DNA of 64,000 nucleotides from an uncultured delta proteobacterium (GTDB lineage Bacteria; Desulfobacterota; Binatia; UBA9968), in assembly GCA_963745835.1 (NCBI GenBank), contig CAVUZH010000003.1, positions 704,001-768,000 on the forward strand. Direction: 5' to 3'. The translations under genes and the position numbers were made by a program. The notes beneath the pieces are model-generated. The model searched no databases and had not been told where the DNA came from. It saw only the letters and a list, made by a program, of their open reading frames with translations. Each line of letters starts with the position of its first letter. Position 1 is the stretch's first letter. Positions 11,933 through 21,893 of the stretch are shown here, in pieces.

Positions 11933-12032
11933 GTTGCCCGGACACTAGAACGCTTATCCGCCTTGTTTTCGGACAACAGCTGTTAAACCGAGTGCACACA
12001 TTTTTAAACTCTGCGAAGTGAAAATCTGGCAG

Positions 12033-13865
12033 TTAGCTAGGATCCAAATTTCTTCTCACGATAATGAGTAGAGTTTCGCCTCCACAACATCGGATGTGTC
12101 CGCTAGCGCTCTTGCCACATCGGACCGGATAGATGCAACTCGGCCCTTGCTCAATCCCGAGTACCAAGTCGCAGTGTTTCAAGGTCGACAGTCGATGAGC
12201 GATGATGAAGACAGTGCGGCCGACGCTGAGACGCTCCATAACCTCGATAATTTCTCTTTCTGTTTTTATATCGATGGAGCTCGTCGGCTCATCCAAAATG
12301 AGAATGGGAGCATTTTTCAGAAAAGCTCGTGCGAGCGCAATTCGCTGGCGCTGCCCGCCGGACAATTGCATGCCACGCTCACCCACCATCGTGTTATAGC
12401 CATCCGGAAGACGGATTATAAATTCATGCGCATGAGCCGCCTTTGCGGCCTCAACGATTTCATGTTCCGAGGCACCGGGCCGCGCATACGCAATGTTCTC
12501 TCCGATGCTGGTCGAAAAAAGTATAGATTCCTGAAGGACGATTCCGAACTGGTTGCGGAGATCCGCTAGCTTGTAATCCCGAAGATTAATACCGTCGAGG
12601 AGGATTTGGCCGTGAGTCGGGTCGTGAAATCTGGTCATTAGACTGACGAGCGTTGATTTTCCCCCACCTGTCATACCCATAATACCTACTCGAGTCCCAG
12701 GCTTAATTTCGAACGAGATGCCACTCAATACGGGGTTATCCCCGTTGTATGCAAAGCAAACATCCCGGAAGGTTATCTCCCCGCTCGCACGCGATAGAGG
12801 CACCGCATTTTTTCTTTCAATGACATCGGGCTCTTCATCTAAAAGCGCGAAAGCGCGCTCAGTGCTGGCGAGGGAGCGCTGTGCATTTGCCGTCATTTCG
12901 CTCAGTGATGCCAATGGTCCGAATAGCTGTGTCAGGTAAGACATTACGAGTAGTAGATCACCGAGAGTTAAACTTCCTGCTTGAACATGCCGCACGCCCA
13001 GGAATAAGACTCCGGCTGTTCCGGCTGCCGTCGTGATGGCAATCAGAAACTCAAACCCGCCTTCCGACCAAGCAGCCCGAATGCGGGCTAGAAAGCTTTC
13101 GCTGGAATGACGAACAAATCGTTCTTGTTCCCGCTCTTCCTGGCCAAAGGCCTTCACCACGCGCAGCGAGCTTAGTGCTTCCTGCACTACTGAAAAAGCC
13201 GAACTGTCCAACTGCCAAATCTGCCCCCATTGGTTGCGGAGCCGCGGATTAAAGGTTCGCGCGGCTATGTAGAGGATGGGTGAGATGGCCATTGCAACAA
13301 CCGCTAACTGCCAATCGAGAATGACGATGATGTAAATCATTCCGAAGACAGTCAATCCGGTAGCTATCGACGGTATAACTCCATCAATGGCTAGCCACTG
13401 AATCCCAGGAGCGCAATATTGGATGCGGTATGTGGAATCCGCAGTTCCTTTACTATCATGATAGGAAACCGAAAGTCGCTGGACATGTCGAAAGAGTCTG
13501 GTTCGGAACGCCAAAGTTAGCTTTTCGCCTGTATAGGTGGACAACCATGAACTTGCGAGTCGTTGGAGTCCACTAAGAAGGGCAACGGTTACAGTTAGAA
13601 TGATGACGAATATGAGGATGGCGTCGCTTGAATGGGCCAGCGCATCGGGGACCATCCGTTGAAAAAGCGATGGCAGAGGATGGGATCCCATAATGCTGTC
13701 AACTGCTATTTTCAGCGGCAAGGGAGTTAATAGGGCGAGAGGTGTTGATATCAAAGTTATCAACAGAATCCCCGCCAGATGGAAGAAATAGGGCCTGATT
13801 TCAAAGAATAGCCGACGGTAAAGCTTAGAATGATTGTGTTTCTTTTTGTCTGTCATAAATGGCAT
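12033..13865 (-). CDS. ABCB-type exporter (fused permease + ATPase), operon A; C-terminus probably frameshifted
   Basis: Multi-TM N-terminus, Walker A GMTGGGKS, LSGGQRQR, Walker B ILILDE, AHRLST. Confidence 0.9.
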   Translation of the reverse strand: MPFMTDKKKHNHSKLYRRLFFEIRPYFFHLAGILLITLISTPLALLTPLPLKIAVDSIMGSHPLPSLFQRMVPDALAHSSDAILIFVIILTVTVALLSGLQRLASSWLSTYTGEKLTLAFRTRLFRHVQRLSVSYHDSKGTADSTYRIQYCAPGIQWLAIDGVIPSIATGLTVFGMIYIIVILDWQLAVVAMAISPILYIAARTFNPRLRNQWGQIWQLDSSAFSVVQEALSSLRVVKAFGQEEREQERFVRHSSESFLARIRAAWSEGGFEFLIAITTAAGTAGVLFLGVRHVQAGSLTLGDLLLVMSYLTQLFGPLASLSEMTANAQRSLASTERAFALLDEEPDVIERKNAVPLSRASGEITFRDVCFAYNGDNPVLSGISFEIKPGTRVGIMGMTGGGKSTLVSLMTRFHDPTHGQILLDGINLRDYKLADLRNQFGIVLQESILFSTSIGENIAYARPGASEHEIVEAAKAAHAHEFIIRLPDGYNTMVGERGMQLSGGQRQRIALARAFLKNAPILILDEPTSSIDIKTEREIIEVMERLSVGRTVFIIAHRLSTLKHCDLVLGIEQGPSCIYPVRCGKSASGHIRCCGGETLLIIVRRNLDPS

Positions 13866-16523
13866 CCGACCATTGGAAGGTGCGAAGAACTGCGGCCACG
13901 GCGCTGCCGCAATTACGCAGACTGTATATCGTAAAAAAAAGGCTCAACAGAGCGAGGATGGCAGAAGCCACCCATACGTGATCAAGCATTGCTGCCGCGG
14001 TAAGAGAAGCGAATAAAGCGATGGGAAGAAGCCCTAACAATGACCACTTAGGCCAGACTCGGAGTCGGACAAATTGATTGCCGGCTCCATGATCTTCGAC
14101 CGCCATCAGTAAGCGCGCAGAACCTGATACGCCAGTGCGCACTTCCAAATCCCATCGATCGTAATCTCCACCCCTGCGCACGTAAACGCCCGGCTTGCGT
14201 AGATCCGCTTCGAAAGATTTCAATCTTTCATTGGGATCGCGCCAATGCTCCGTCCAAACGGCGAATTTCCGTGGCCAAGGTAGCGCAAAGCCGGATGCGT
14301 TATATCTCCAGAAAGTGAGCCCGGAGCGCAGGCGCCCGGTAAGCCGCGCCAAAGGCTGGAGTAAGTGCAGCAAGGCAGTGACGCCGCGCAGTTTAACCAA
14401 CTCCAAGCGCGACCTTCGTGATGCTGGAAAACTAACTCGTAATGAGCTCAATACGGCCTGACAAATCGGCGCATAAAGTGCCAGGAGCAAGAAAGGCAGA
14501 GCGTAGAACAATGGAGACCAAAGGAAACCAAGTGCGCAGATCGGCGCAAGTGCCGCGACGGCCAAGTACCATTCGGGGATCGGATAGCCAAGATTCCAAT
14601 GCCCCGGCAGGTGATTGGTAGATAGACTGGAAAGGCGCGCTCCCCCATACACCGTGATAAATGCTTCCCCGGCTCCAAGCTTTGTATTGATGACCATTTC
14701 CGTAAACGCGTCCTGCCCATGTGACGTGGCCCGCAAGATTATATTTTTCTGGCCATTTTTTCTCGAGAAAAGATTCTGCTTTGCCGTAATTGAACTGTTG
14801 CTTCCAGTACGCCCGAATTGAATTACGACGGTGGTGCCACACCATTGCTCCCGGGCTGTATCCGAGAGTCCACCCGTGTTGCTGCAGCCGCCAGCATACA
14901 TCGACGTCATCACCGGCGATGCAAAATTGCGGATCGAATCCGCCTATGGCTGCCAGCGCGGATTTACGAAAGGCCATATTGCAACCGGGAATATGTTCCG
15001 CCTCACTGTCAGACAACAGAATGTGAACTGGATTGCCGGGAGAGTGGGCGACGCACTCAGCAATGAGGCCATCGTCAGGAGGCGCAATGTTGGGGCCGCC
15101 AACTCCAACATGCTGCGTATTCATGAACGTGCTCGCAAGGTATCTTAGCCAGTGCGGATCAGCGTGCGCGTCGTCGTCGATGTAAGCGACAATTTCCCCA
15201 GTCGCCGCGTTGAGTCCAGTATTGCGAGCGGAAGAAAGCCCTCGGTTTTCTGTCGTTATGACGCGAAAGCCGTAGTTACTGGCGATTTTCGCAGTGGTGT
15301 CAGTTGAGCCATCATTGACTACGATCACCTCGTAATTAGGGTAGTCAAGTCTCAGCAAACTCTCCAGGCACTTCGAGAGAGTGCGGCTGCCGTTGAACGT
15401 GCAGACGATGACTGAGGTCTTGGGCCAAGGTAATTCTTTAGCGAAGGGAACTTTTGTAAACGCTTCTCGAACACTTGTGAGCGCGGGCTTTGGACGACGA
15501 TCTCGAGCGGTGATGCCGAATGCCCAATCTTCGACTTCGGCACCGGCTCTGTGCCACTCATCAGTCCAAGAAAATATAAAAGCGCCTGCGCAACCAGGTG
15601 CGAACGTAGTCCGGAGTTGCCATTCGAGCGCTTGCGCCTGAGTTGTCTCGCCATTCCTGAGGCTGTCGAGTCCGATCTCGCTCATCAGTAAAGGGCGATC
15701 CCCGGCGATATTATGAAGCCGTGCCAAGTACGCCTGGAGGCGGTCTTGGGATTCAAGATAAACATTGAACGTCACAAGATCTAGGAAAGGAAGATTAAGA
15801 TATTCGGTAGTGGGGTAATTTACGTAAGTGACGAGGCCGCTCGGGTCTTCTGTTTTCACCGCCCAGTACAGACGCTCGAGGTAACTCTCAACTCGCCCGC
15901 GGCCCAGCCACCGGACAACAGGTGCTGCGATCTCATTCCCAAGCGCATAACAAAGAAGCGCAGGGTGTCCTGCACAGGAACGCGCTTTGGCGCGCACCAA
16001 TTCTTCAACGTCAGGAGCACCTTTTCTGTCAATCAAAAAGCCCGCATACTGTTCTGCAGATAACCCGACCATCACTCGGAGGCCGTGTTTTTGAGCGGTG
16101 TCGAGAAGCTCCCGCGGCGGCATTGTATGTGGAATACGGACTGCATTAATTCCGTTCGCGGCCATCAGAGAAAAGTCTCTCTCCAAAACTGTTGGGTCGT
16201 GATATTCTCGACCCTTTGGATCCGGTCTGAATGCCCCGTAGGTAACGCCTCGGACCCAAAATTTATCATTGCCGACAAATAAAAATTTACCACCCACTCG
16301 TGGCCGCTGAAGCTTGCCATTTAAGGCCGGCGAGAGACTCTCGTAGTGAAATTCTTTTTTTGAGAAAAAGCTTTCATCATTGTTGAAGCAAAACCGTCCT
16401 CGCGCCGTAATCTTCTCCGACTCGGTTAACGGCGTGGAATGTGGATCACCGATGGATGGCATCGACACACGTCCCAGAGGCGCACGACAGGGTTTGATAA
16501 AACTTCTGCAATCGCATGTTCAC
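13825..16523 (-). CDS. Clan GH-A TIM-barrel :: GT2 glycosyltransferase :: membrane domain fusion, operon A; frameshifts near 16500 and 14600
   Basis: GVTYG, ALGNEI and LMSEIG (two catalytic-Glu-like motifs), FSWTDEW; GT2 motifs VVNDGSTD, YIDDD, PGCNMAFR, GDDVD, QQFNYG; C-terminal TMs in ORF 13825..14913; AGGAG RBS before GTG 16523. Confidence 0.85.
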
Positions 16524-16603
16524 TGCTTGCTCCTCTTTTAGAATAAAACGAAAGTCTGGGACGAGTCCCATAGAGTCATCCCGTGGAATTCTTGCGGAAA
16601 ATC

Positions 16604-16618
16604 GCAACAACAATGCCA
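16604..16618 (-). promoter_or_regulatory. Sigma-54 (-24/-12) promoter of operon A
   Basis: Minus strand TGGCATT-GTTG-TTGC fits TGGCAC(G)-N4-TTGC spacing; near-identical copy before operon B. Confidence 0.75.
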
Positions 16619-16705
16619 TCCAAAACCTAAAATTATTCCATTGATTTACAGTTTGCTTATTCGCAACGGTGTACCGTAGAAAGTCGAATTTGCCTGTAAT
16701 AGCGT

Positions 16706-16731
16706 CACTTCACTGCAGGGTATATCCTGCA
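16706..16731. promoter_or_regulatory. Putative enhancer-binding-protein site (palindrome), operon A
   Basis: CACTTCAC-TGCAGG-GTATAT-CCTGCA; conserved counterpart at 34094..34118. Confidence 0.6.
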
Positions 16732-16944
16732 CCAAGATGATAAAATCTTTTCGGCAAGACTTATTCCGGCCGGATTCTGCCGACGGCTAACGGTTTCTGT
16801 GTCTCATAGACGAGAAAACGTTTTGAAAAAAACTCCGCAGCTTTTTTAAGGTTCAGAAGCGCATCGCAAGCAAAGTGATAAGAAGCGAATTCAGCACGAG
16901 GCGCTCACGAAATTTGAACCGGAATCGTTGAACAAAGCCAACCA

Positions 16945-17570
16945 GGTCTCGCCTCGGCATGGCACGATTCGGCGGCTCCTCCCATATTTCAGCTTTGATT
17001 GCTCTGGACCACCTGGACCTGGATCCAAAGCGGGACAGGATCATACTGATGCAAACCGGCCTGGACCCAGAACGGATGGCGGCGCTGGAGCAAAGGGGGC
17101 TCGATGCCGCGATGCTGCAGCGGCTTGCTACCAAAACGATGATTGGCAAGGGCTATACCCAACTGTTAAATCTCAATCAGGCGAAGATTCCGTACCAGAA
17201 TACGGTGCTGGCCTCGCGCAGAGATCAGATGGCGGCAAATCCGAAACTCTATGACAGCTTCATTCGCGCCGTAGTCGAAGGTTACGCTTACGTGTTTAAC
17301 AAAGAAAACAAGCAATCGGTTAAGGAGGTTCTGGCGAGAAATCTTAGATTGCCCAACCCGGACGCGGCCGAAGATTTCTACGCAGAGGCCCTTGAGGAAC
17401 TCGATCGCAAACCTTATCCGACGGTCGAAGGAACCCAAACTGTGATCAAATACGTTGCGGAGCAAAATCCGAAAGTGGCCTCAGTCAAAGCTGAGCGGAT
17501 CGTCGATTCCAGCTGGCTAAAAAAACTCGACGACGAGGGATTCTTCGATAAGGTGTATAAGAGCAAATAG
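16945..17570 (+). pseudogene. 5'-truncated ABC transporter substrate-binding protein (NitT/TauT type)
   Basis: GMARFGGSSHIS..LDPKRD..ERMAAL..KPYPTVEG..IVDSSWLKKLDDEGFFDKVY resembles the C-terminal part of the SBP at 58773..59813; signal peptide and N-lobe absent. Confidence 0.7.
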
Positions 17571-17620
17571 GGCAGCAGCATGAACATCGCGGATGAGGGA
17601 AAGTGCCCGTTAAGACGCGT

Positions 17621-18415
17621 TCATCGGCCGCTCGCGGGATTAGTCGCGGAGTTACTGTCAGGTATGCCGCGCGTCACGAAGTCAGCCATTGCGCGGCCGA
17701 TGCAGTCGTAAAGCTTCACGGCGAGCTGGCGGCGCTTCGTATCCTCTTTGACCCGCAGATCGAGCACACCGCTCTCGGCCCAATAGCGCATAATGCCACG
17801 GCGGCGGAACAGCGGGGTCTCAGTGGCGTCCGCCACTTGGCGAAGGGCAATGAGATAGGGTTCGAAGTGAATCATCGCCTCCGTCTCACGTGAGAACTGC
17901 ATATTCATCAACACTACCTCGACTCCGGCGGCACGCAGTTCGTCGATTCCGGTCCGCACCGTCTCGCGCAATGTGTCGACGTCGGATCCGCGAACTGCCT
18001 CCATCGTGCCGGTCTCCCAGATCACAAGGTTGGGTTTCAGGGGTAGAATATCGCGGTCCAGGCGCTCTAGAACCTGCTTTGCGGTTTGTCGCGCGGCGGC
18101 GCGGTTGACAACCTTGATGCGCGCAGATGGAAACTTATCGGTAAGCACCGAACCAAGGCGCGCGGGCCAGGCGAGAGCGTTCGCCCCGGCCGCAAGTCCG
18201 AGAGTTGAGGACCCGCCAAGCGCGACAATAACCACCTCCCGACCGTTGGCGAGCGCTTTGGCCGTCTTTGTCAGCGGCGGCTCAAATTCGTAGAAACGCT
18301 CGGGCATAGGGCACTCGTGGGCCTGGTCGGAGGAACCAACCGGTGCGGGTACAAACCCGATGCCCGCCGCGGTAACCAAGACAAAAAGTTGTCGGACAAA
18401 GGCACCAGTTGTCAT
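17621..18415 (-). CDS. Exported SGNH/GDSL-family hydrolase coupled to opgC
   Basis: VALGGSSTLG, VIWETGTMEA, signal-like N-terminus; ATGA overlap with the opgC stop. Confidence 0.8.
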   Translation of the reverse strand: MTTGAFVRQLFVLVTAAGIGFVPAPVGSSDQAHECPMPERFYEFEPPLTKTAKALANGREVVIVALGGSSTLGLAAGANALAWPARLGSVLTDKFPSARIKVVNRAAARQTAKQVLERLDRDILPLKPNLVIWETGTMEAVRGSDVDTLRETVRTGIDELRAAGVEVVLMNMQFSRETEAMIHFEPYLIALRQVADATETPLFRRRGIMRYWAESGVLDLRVKEDTKRRQLAVKLYDCIGRAMADFVTRGIPDSNSATNPASGR

Positions 18416-19734
18416 CGTCTCGCTCCTCTTCCCGCCATCGGTGCACCAATTGGACCGCCTGATGTGCGCTGTGCGGTATCGAACCACTCCATGAACATAC
18501 CAACGCCGATCATGATCGCGATGCCGGCCGCGGATACCGCAAACTGCATGAGAATACCGCCGAAGAATTCGTTGAGCACCAGTTGCCCAAGCACTGAAAG
18601 CAGGATGCCAAGGCAGAAGATGTGCAGGGAGTTGCGCCCGCTGATAACGAAAGGCCGCGCGGCGCGACTAGCCAAAAACCACGCCTGCGGATGGATCACG
18701 CGTGAGACGAGAAGCGCGAGGGCGAGTACATTGGCGAAACGGAGGGATCCCAGATCTCCCTTGCTCAAGAACGGCCACAAAAGCTCGCCGCTGGCGGAAA
18801 CCGGAATCGGATCGTAAAATTCGTGCAGCGTCCAGCTAAACCGGATTAGGAATCCGGCCAGCGAGAGGCCTGCCGCGAGGTAGAACAACCAGCGACGGTT
18901 AAGCCAGGAAAGTCCACCGTGGCTGGCGCGCCAGCCGAACCAGGCCCCCAAGAAAAACAGCGCCTGCCACGCGAATGGGTTAAAGAACCAATATTGGTCC
19001 GGCCCGGGATACGCCGGTAGCGCAATCCGTTTATCGATCTGAACCGCGAGCCAAATCGCCATGGAGGCGAAAACCACTACGCCGGGCCAAGATCGATACC
19101 CGGCCACCACGAACGGGAGGATCGCCAACAGCACGATATAGAGTGGCAGGATGTCCATGAACGCCGGCTGGAACTGTAGCGTTAGCGCCTTTACCACGGC
19201 TAAGCCCGGTTCGTTGAGGAAATTGGCGGCGCCAAATTCCTCGGCGTAAAGCGAGGTGTTGAGGGCTCCGGCGGTGTACGCCATTGTCGCCATGAATATC
19301 ATGAACAGAAAGACGTGAGCGACGTAGAGCTGCCATACTCGGTGGTAGATGCGGACCGCGGCTATCACAAAGCCCTGGCGCTCCATGGCGCGACCGTACA
19401 CCATGCCTGCGGTGTAGCCGGAAATGAAGATGAACACTTCGGCCGCATCGGCGAACATTAGCGATTGGAGCGTAAACTTCGCCAGGATGTTATTCGGGAT
19501 ATGATCGATGAATATGCAAAAAAGGGCGAGGCCGCGAAAAAAATCAAGCCGGAGGTCGCGTACCATGGCCGGAGGGTTCGCACTGCTCATAATCTCTCTA
19601 CGGTCACTCTCTTCGTTGGCCACTGACACGGCTGCCGGTCTGCCTTGGTGTGTGACGAGATTCTGGTCCTGTCGAAGGCCGCCTACCCACTCTTTCAAAT
19701 TCTTCTGTAAATCACGGGCGGTGACAGTTTTCAT
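18412..19734 (-). CDS. opgC: OpgC-domain membrane protein (glucan acyl/succinyl modification family) with an in-frame Phd/YefM-like N-terminal segment; alternative ATG at 19590
   Basis: RDLRLDFFRGLAL..IFIDH, DAAEVFIFISG, DILPLY, FNPFAWQ, GRNSLHIFC. Confidence 0.85.
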   Translation of the reverse strand: MKTVTARDLQKNLKEWVGGLRQDQNLVTHQGRPAAVSVANEESDRREIMSSANPPAMVRDLRLDFFRGLALFCIFIDHIPNNILAKFTLQSLMFADAAEVFIFISGYTAGMVYGRAMERQGFVIAAVRIYHRVWQLYVAHVFLFMIFMATMAYTAGALNTSLYAEEFGAANFLNEPGLAVVKALTLQFQPAFMDILPLYIVLLAILPFVVAGYRSWPGVVVFASMAIWLAVQIDKRIALPAYPGPDQYWFFNPFAWQALFFLGAWFGWRASHGGLSWLNRRWLFYLAAGLSLAGFLIRFSWTLHEFYDPIPVSASGELLWPFLSKGDLGSLRFANVLALALLVSRVIHPQAWFLASRAARPFVISGRNSLHIFCLGILLSVLGQLVLNEFFGGILMQFAVSAAGIAIMIGVGMFMEWFDTAQRTSGGPIGAPMAGRGARR

Positions 19735-20126
19735 AAAATATCTTCCGTGCTCTTTCAAATAACGAAAGCAACGGGAGATCGACGCCCCTACTAAGGCGGT
19801 AACTCGGTCCCCCTCTTCACGCCACACTTGCGCTTGATGGGAGCTCCGGCAGCCATGCGTGCCGAGCATATACTCGGCTCTGCGGTCCGGTTTCCGATCT
19901 ACTATGGCGTTGAGCGGTGTCATCAGCGATAATCAGCGATCGATCGAGTTCGAGCCGATCTTCACGATTCCGTTTCATCGAGTCCGTTCACGATCCGGTA
20001 GCTCACAAGTCATCCTCGTCGAGCAGAATCGGCTATATCATACCCAGCTTTAGGCTACTACTTACTATTGTCATATCCAAAAGAGAACTGTCGATGTACG
20101 TCACTGTGAGATAACTGCGTGATGCT

Positions 20127-21560
20127 TTAACGATATCCAATCAGTGCGAGGGATTCTGTGGAGGCGATAATCTCGAGCTGCAAATACGGGTGCTTACTTG
20201 CAAACTTGGATGCCTCAGAATTGAACGTCAAACAGAGAAAAGGTTGGCCTTGCGCAAATAGCCGCTCCAGTTCGCTCTCTCCAATAGATTGGACCTGATC
20301 AGCGAGATAAAAGCGCAACGCAGGTTCCGACAGTCCAAACGAATAAAGCAGTGAAACACGGCCGTTCGCGAAGACTGGCGCGGTTGTTAAGGAACGAACC
20401 TCGGGGCTGAAATGGACGAGGTCCGCGGTTTCCACAAACCGACCGCGGCCAAACATGATGCCGGGCAGTGCGAGGAGAGTAGTGATTGCGAGCAGGGTAA
20501 CGAGTGCCCGGGTGTTCTGGATGAATCTTGTGATACCGAGCGCTGCCGTAAGCGCTGCAACTGGATAAACCGGCGTAACGTACCCGCCGATTTTAGTTCC
20601 TTGCACGCTGACGATCGCGAAGGCAGCCAACGTCAGTACGCTGGTCGCTGCGAGCAAGCGATCGCGCCTGACGATTGCGAGACTTACGGCAAGTGCTGTT
20701 CCAGCCGCATGGAAAGGAGCGAGGAACCCGGCCTTTTGAAAATAGGTATCCAGATAATAAAACGAACTCCCCTCGTGACCCTCGAGCGGCGAAACGAAAC
20801 GAGCCAAGATATGGAAGCCCAAGTATTGGTCAACGAACGAATCGCCGTAGGTCAAGGCCAGCCAAGCGTGCCAGGGCAGTGCAATCGCAATGGCTACGAT
20901 CGCCGCGAGCCAGATCTCCCGCGAACGAAGAAAACCGAGACCGTGCTGTGCAATGGCGATTGCCAGCAGCCCGGGGAGAAAGAGAAAGGCGGCGACGGAT
21001 TTGGTGAGAATGGCAATCCCGAACGCTGCGCCGGCTGCCATCATCAGAGAGGATCGCCCGTTGGCGTATAAAAGCAGAACGACCGAAAGCATTCCCAAGG
21101 TCGCGAGCGGAACGTCGGTCATGGCCATGCGGCTATAGGCGACAAACTGAGGGACACCCAGCAGTAAGACCGCGGCCAACACGCCTGCCGTGCGGCTGCC
21201 TAAGCGCCGCCCGGCCAAGTACTGAAGCACGACGGCAGCTATTCCGCAGAACGCGCTCGGCAGGCGCAGGGCGAACTCTGTTAGGCCAAAGAGCGAAGAG
21301 CTGGCGGCCATGAGCCAGAATGCAAAGGGCGGTTTCTCGAACCAGAGGCGATCGCCATAACGAAGAGTCAGGCCAGGGTCGGCGAGGAGTTCGCGAGTCA
21401 GCACCCCGTAGATCGCTTCGTCCCAATTGGCTAAGCTTTGCACCCCGAGTTCAGGGAGTATGACGATCGCGGCGATGACAGCAACGCCGGCCGCTATGGC
21501 GAAGTCCCTACGGTCGAAGGCACTTGAATCGAGTCGAGAGTGGCTGGCGGCGGATTTCAT
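20127..21560 (-). CDS. ArnT/PMT-like (GT-C) membrane glycosyltransferase
   Basis: WDEAIY, WFEKPP, EFALRLPSA, AMTDVP, ILTKS, ALPWH. Confidence 0.85.
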   Translation of the reverse strand: MKSAASHSRLDSSAFDRRDFAIAAGVAVIAAIVILPELGVQSLANWDEAIYGVLTRELLADPGLTLRYGDRLWFEKPPFAFWLMAASSSLFGLTEFALRLPSAFCGIAAVVLQYLAGRRLGSRTAGVLAAVLLLGVPQFVAYSRMAMTDVPLATLGMLSVVLLLYANGRSSLMMAAGAAFGIAILTKSVAAFLFLPGLLAIAIAQHGLGFLRSREIWLAAIVAIAIALPWHAWLALTYGDSFVDQYLGFHILARFVSPLEGHEGSSFYYLDTYFQKAGFLAPFHAAGTALAVSLAIVRRDRLLAATSVLTLAAFAIVSVQGTKIGGYVTPVYPVAALTAALGITRFIQNTRALVTLLAITTLLALPGIMFGRGRFVETADLVHFSPEVRSLTTAPVFANGRVSLLYSFGLSEPALRFYLADQVQSIGESELERLFAQGQPFLCLTFNSEASKFASKHPYLQLEIIASTESLALIGYR

Positions 21561-21893
21561 ATCCGCGGCTTTAACCGAGTTTCAACTCATCATCTGCTTT
21601 AACGAGTTGCAATGTAGCCGTCAGTTTTGAGCTTGGCAAAGAGACGACGGCGACTTCTTTTGATTTCACTACAGTGAGCTCATCGGCATGCGGGGCCTTC
21701 TTTGTGTTATCATTCGGTCGTCGAGTGTAGTGAGACGTTCGGCATCTCCGTGAACATAGCTGATGGTTTATTGCGGGTCACCATAGCTAGCCCCTGGGAG
21801 TTCGGCAAAGCGTCATCGGTAAACTGATTGATCGAAGTTAGGAGGAGAGAAGTACAGATAACCAGAAGCGTATCCATCAGCCTTTCCTCTTGG

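Noticed and set aside
19735-19923. Longer OpgC N-terminus given in the ORF track
   Set aside because: No recognisable similarity upstream of ATG 19734
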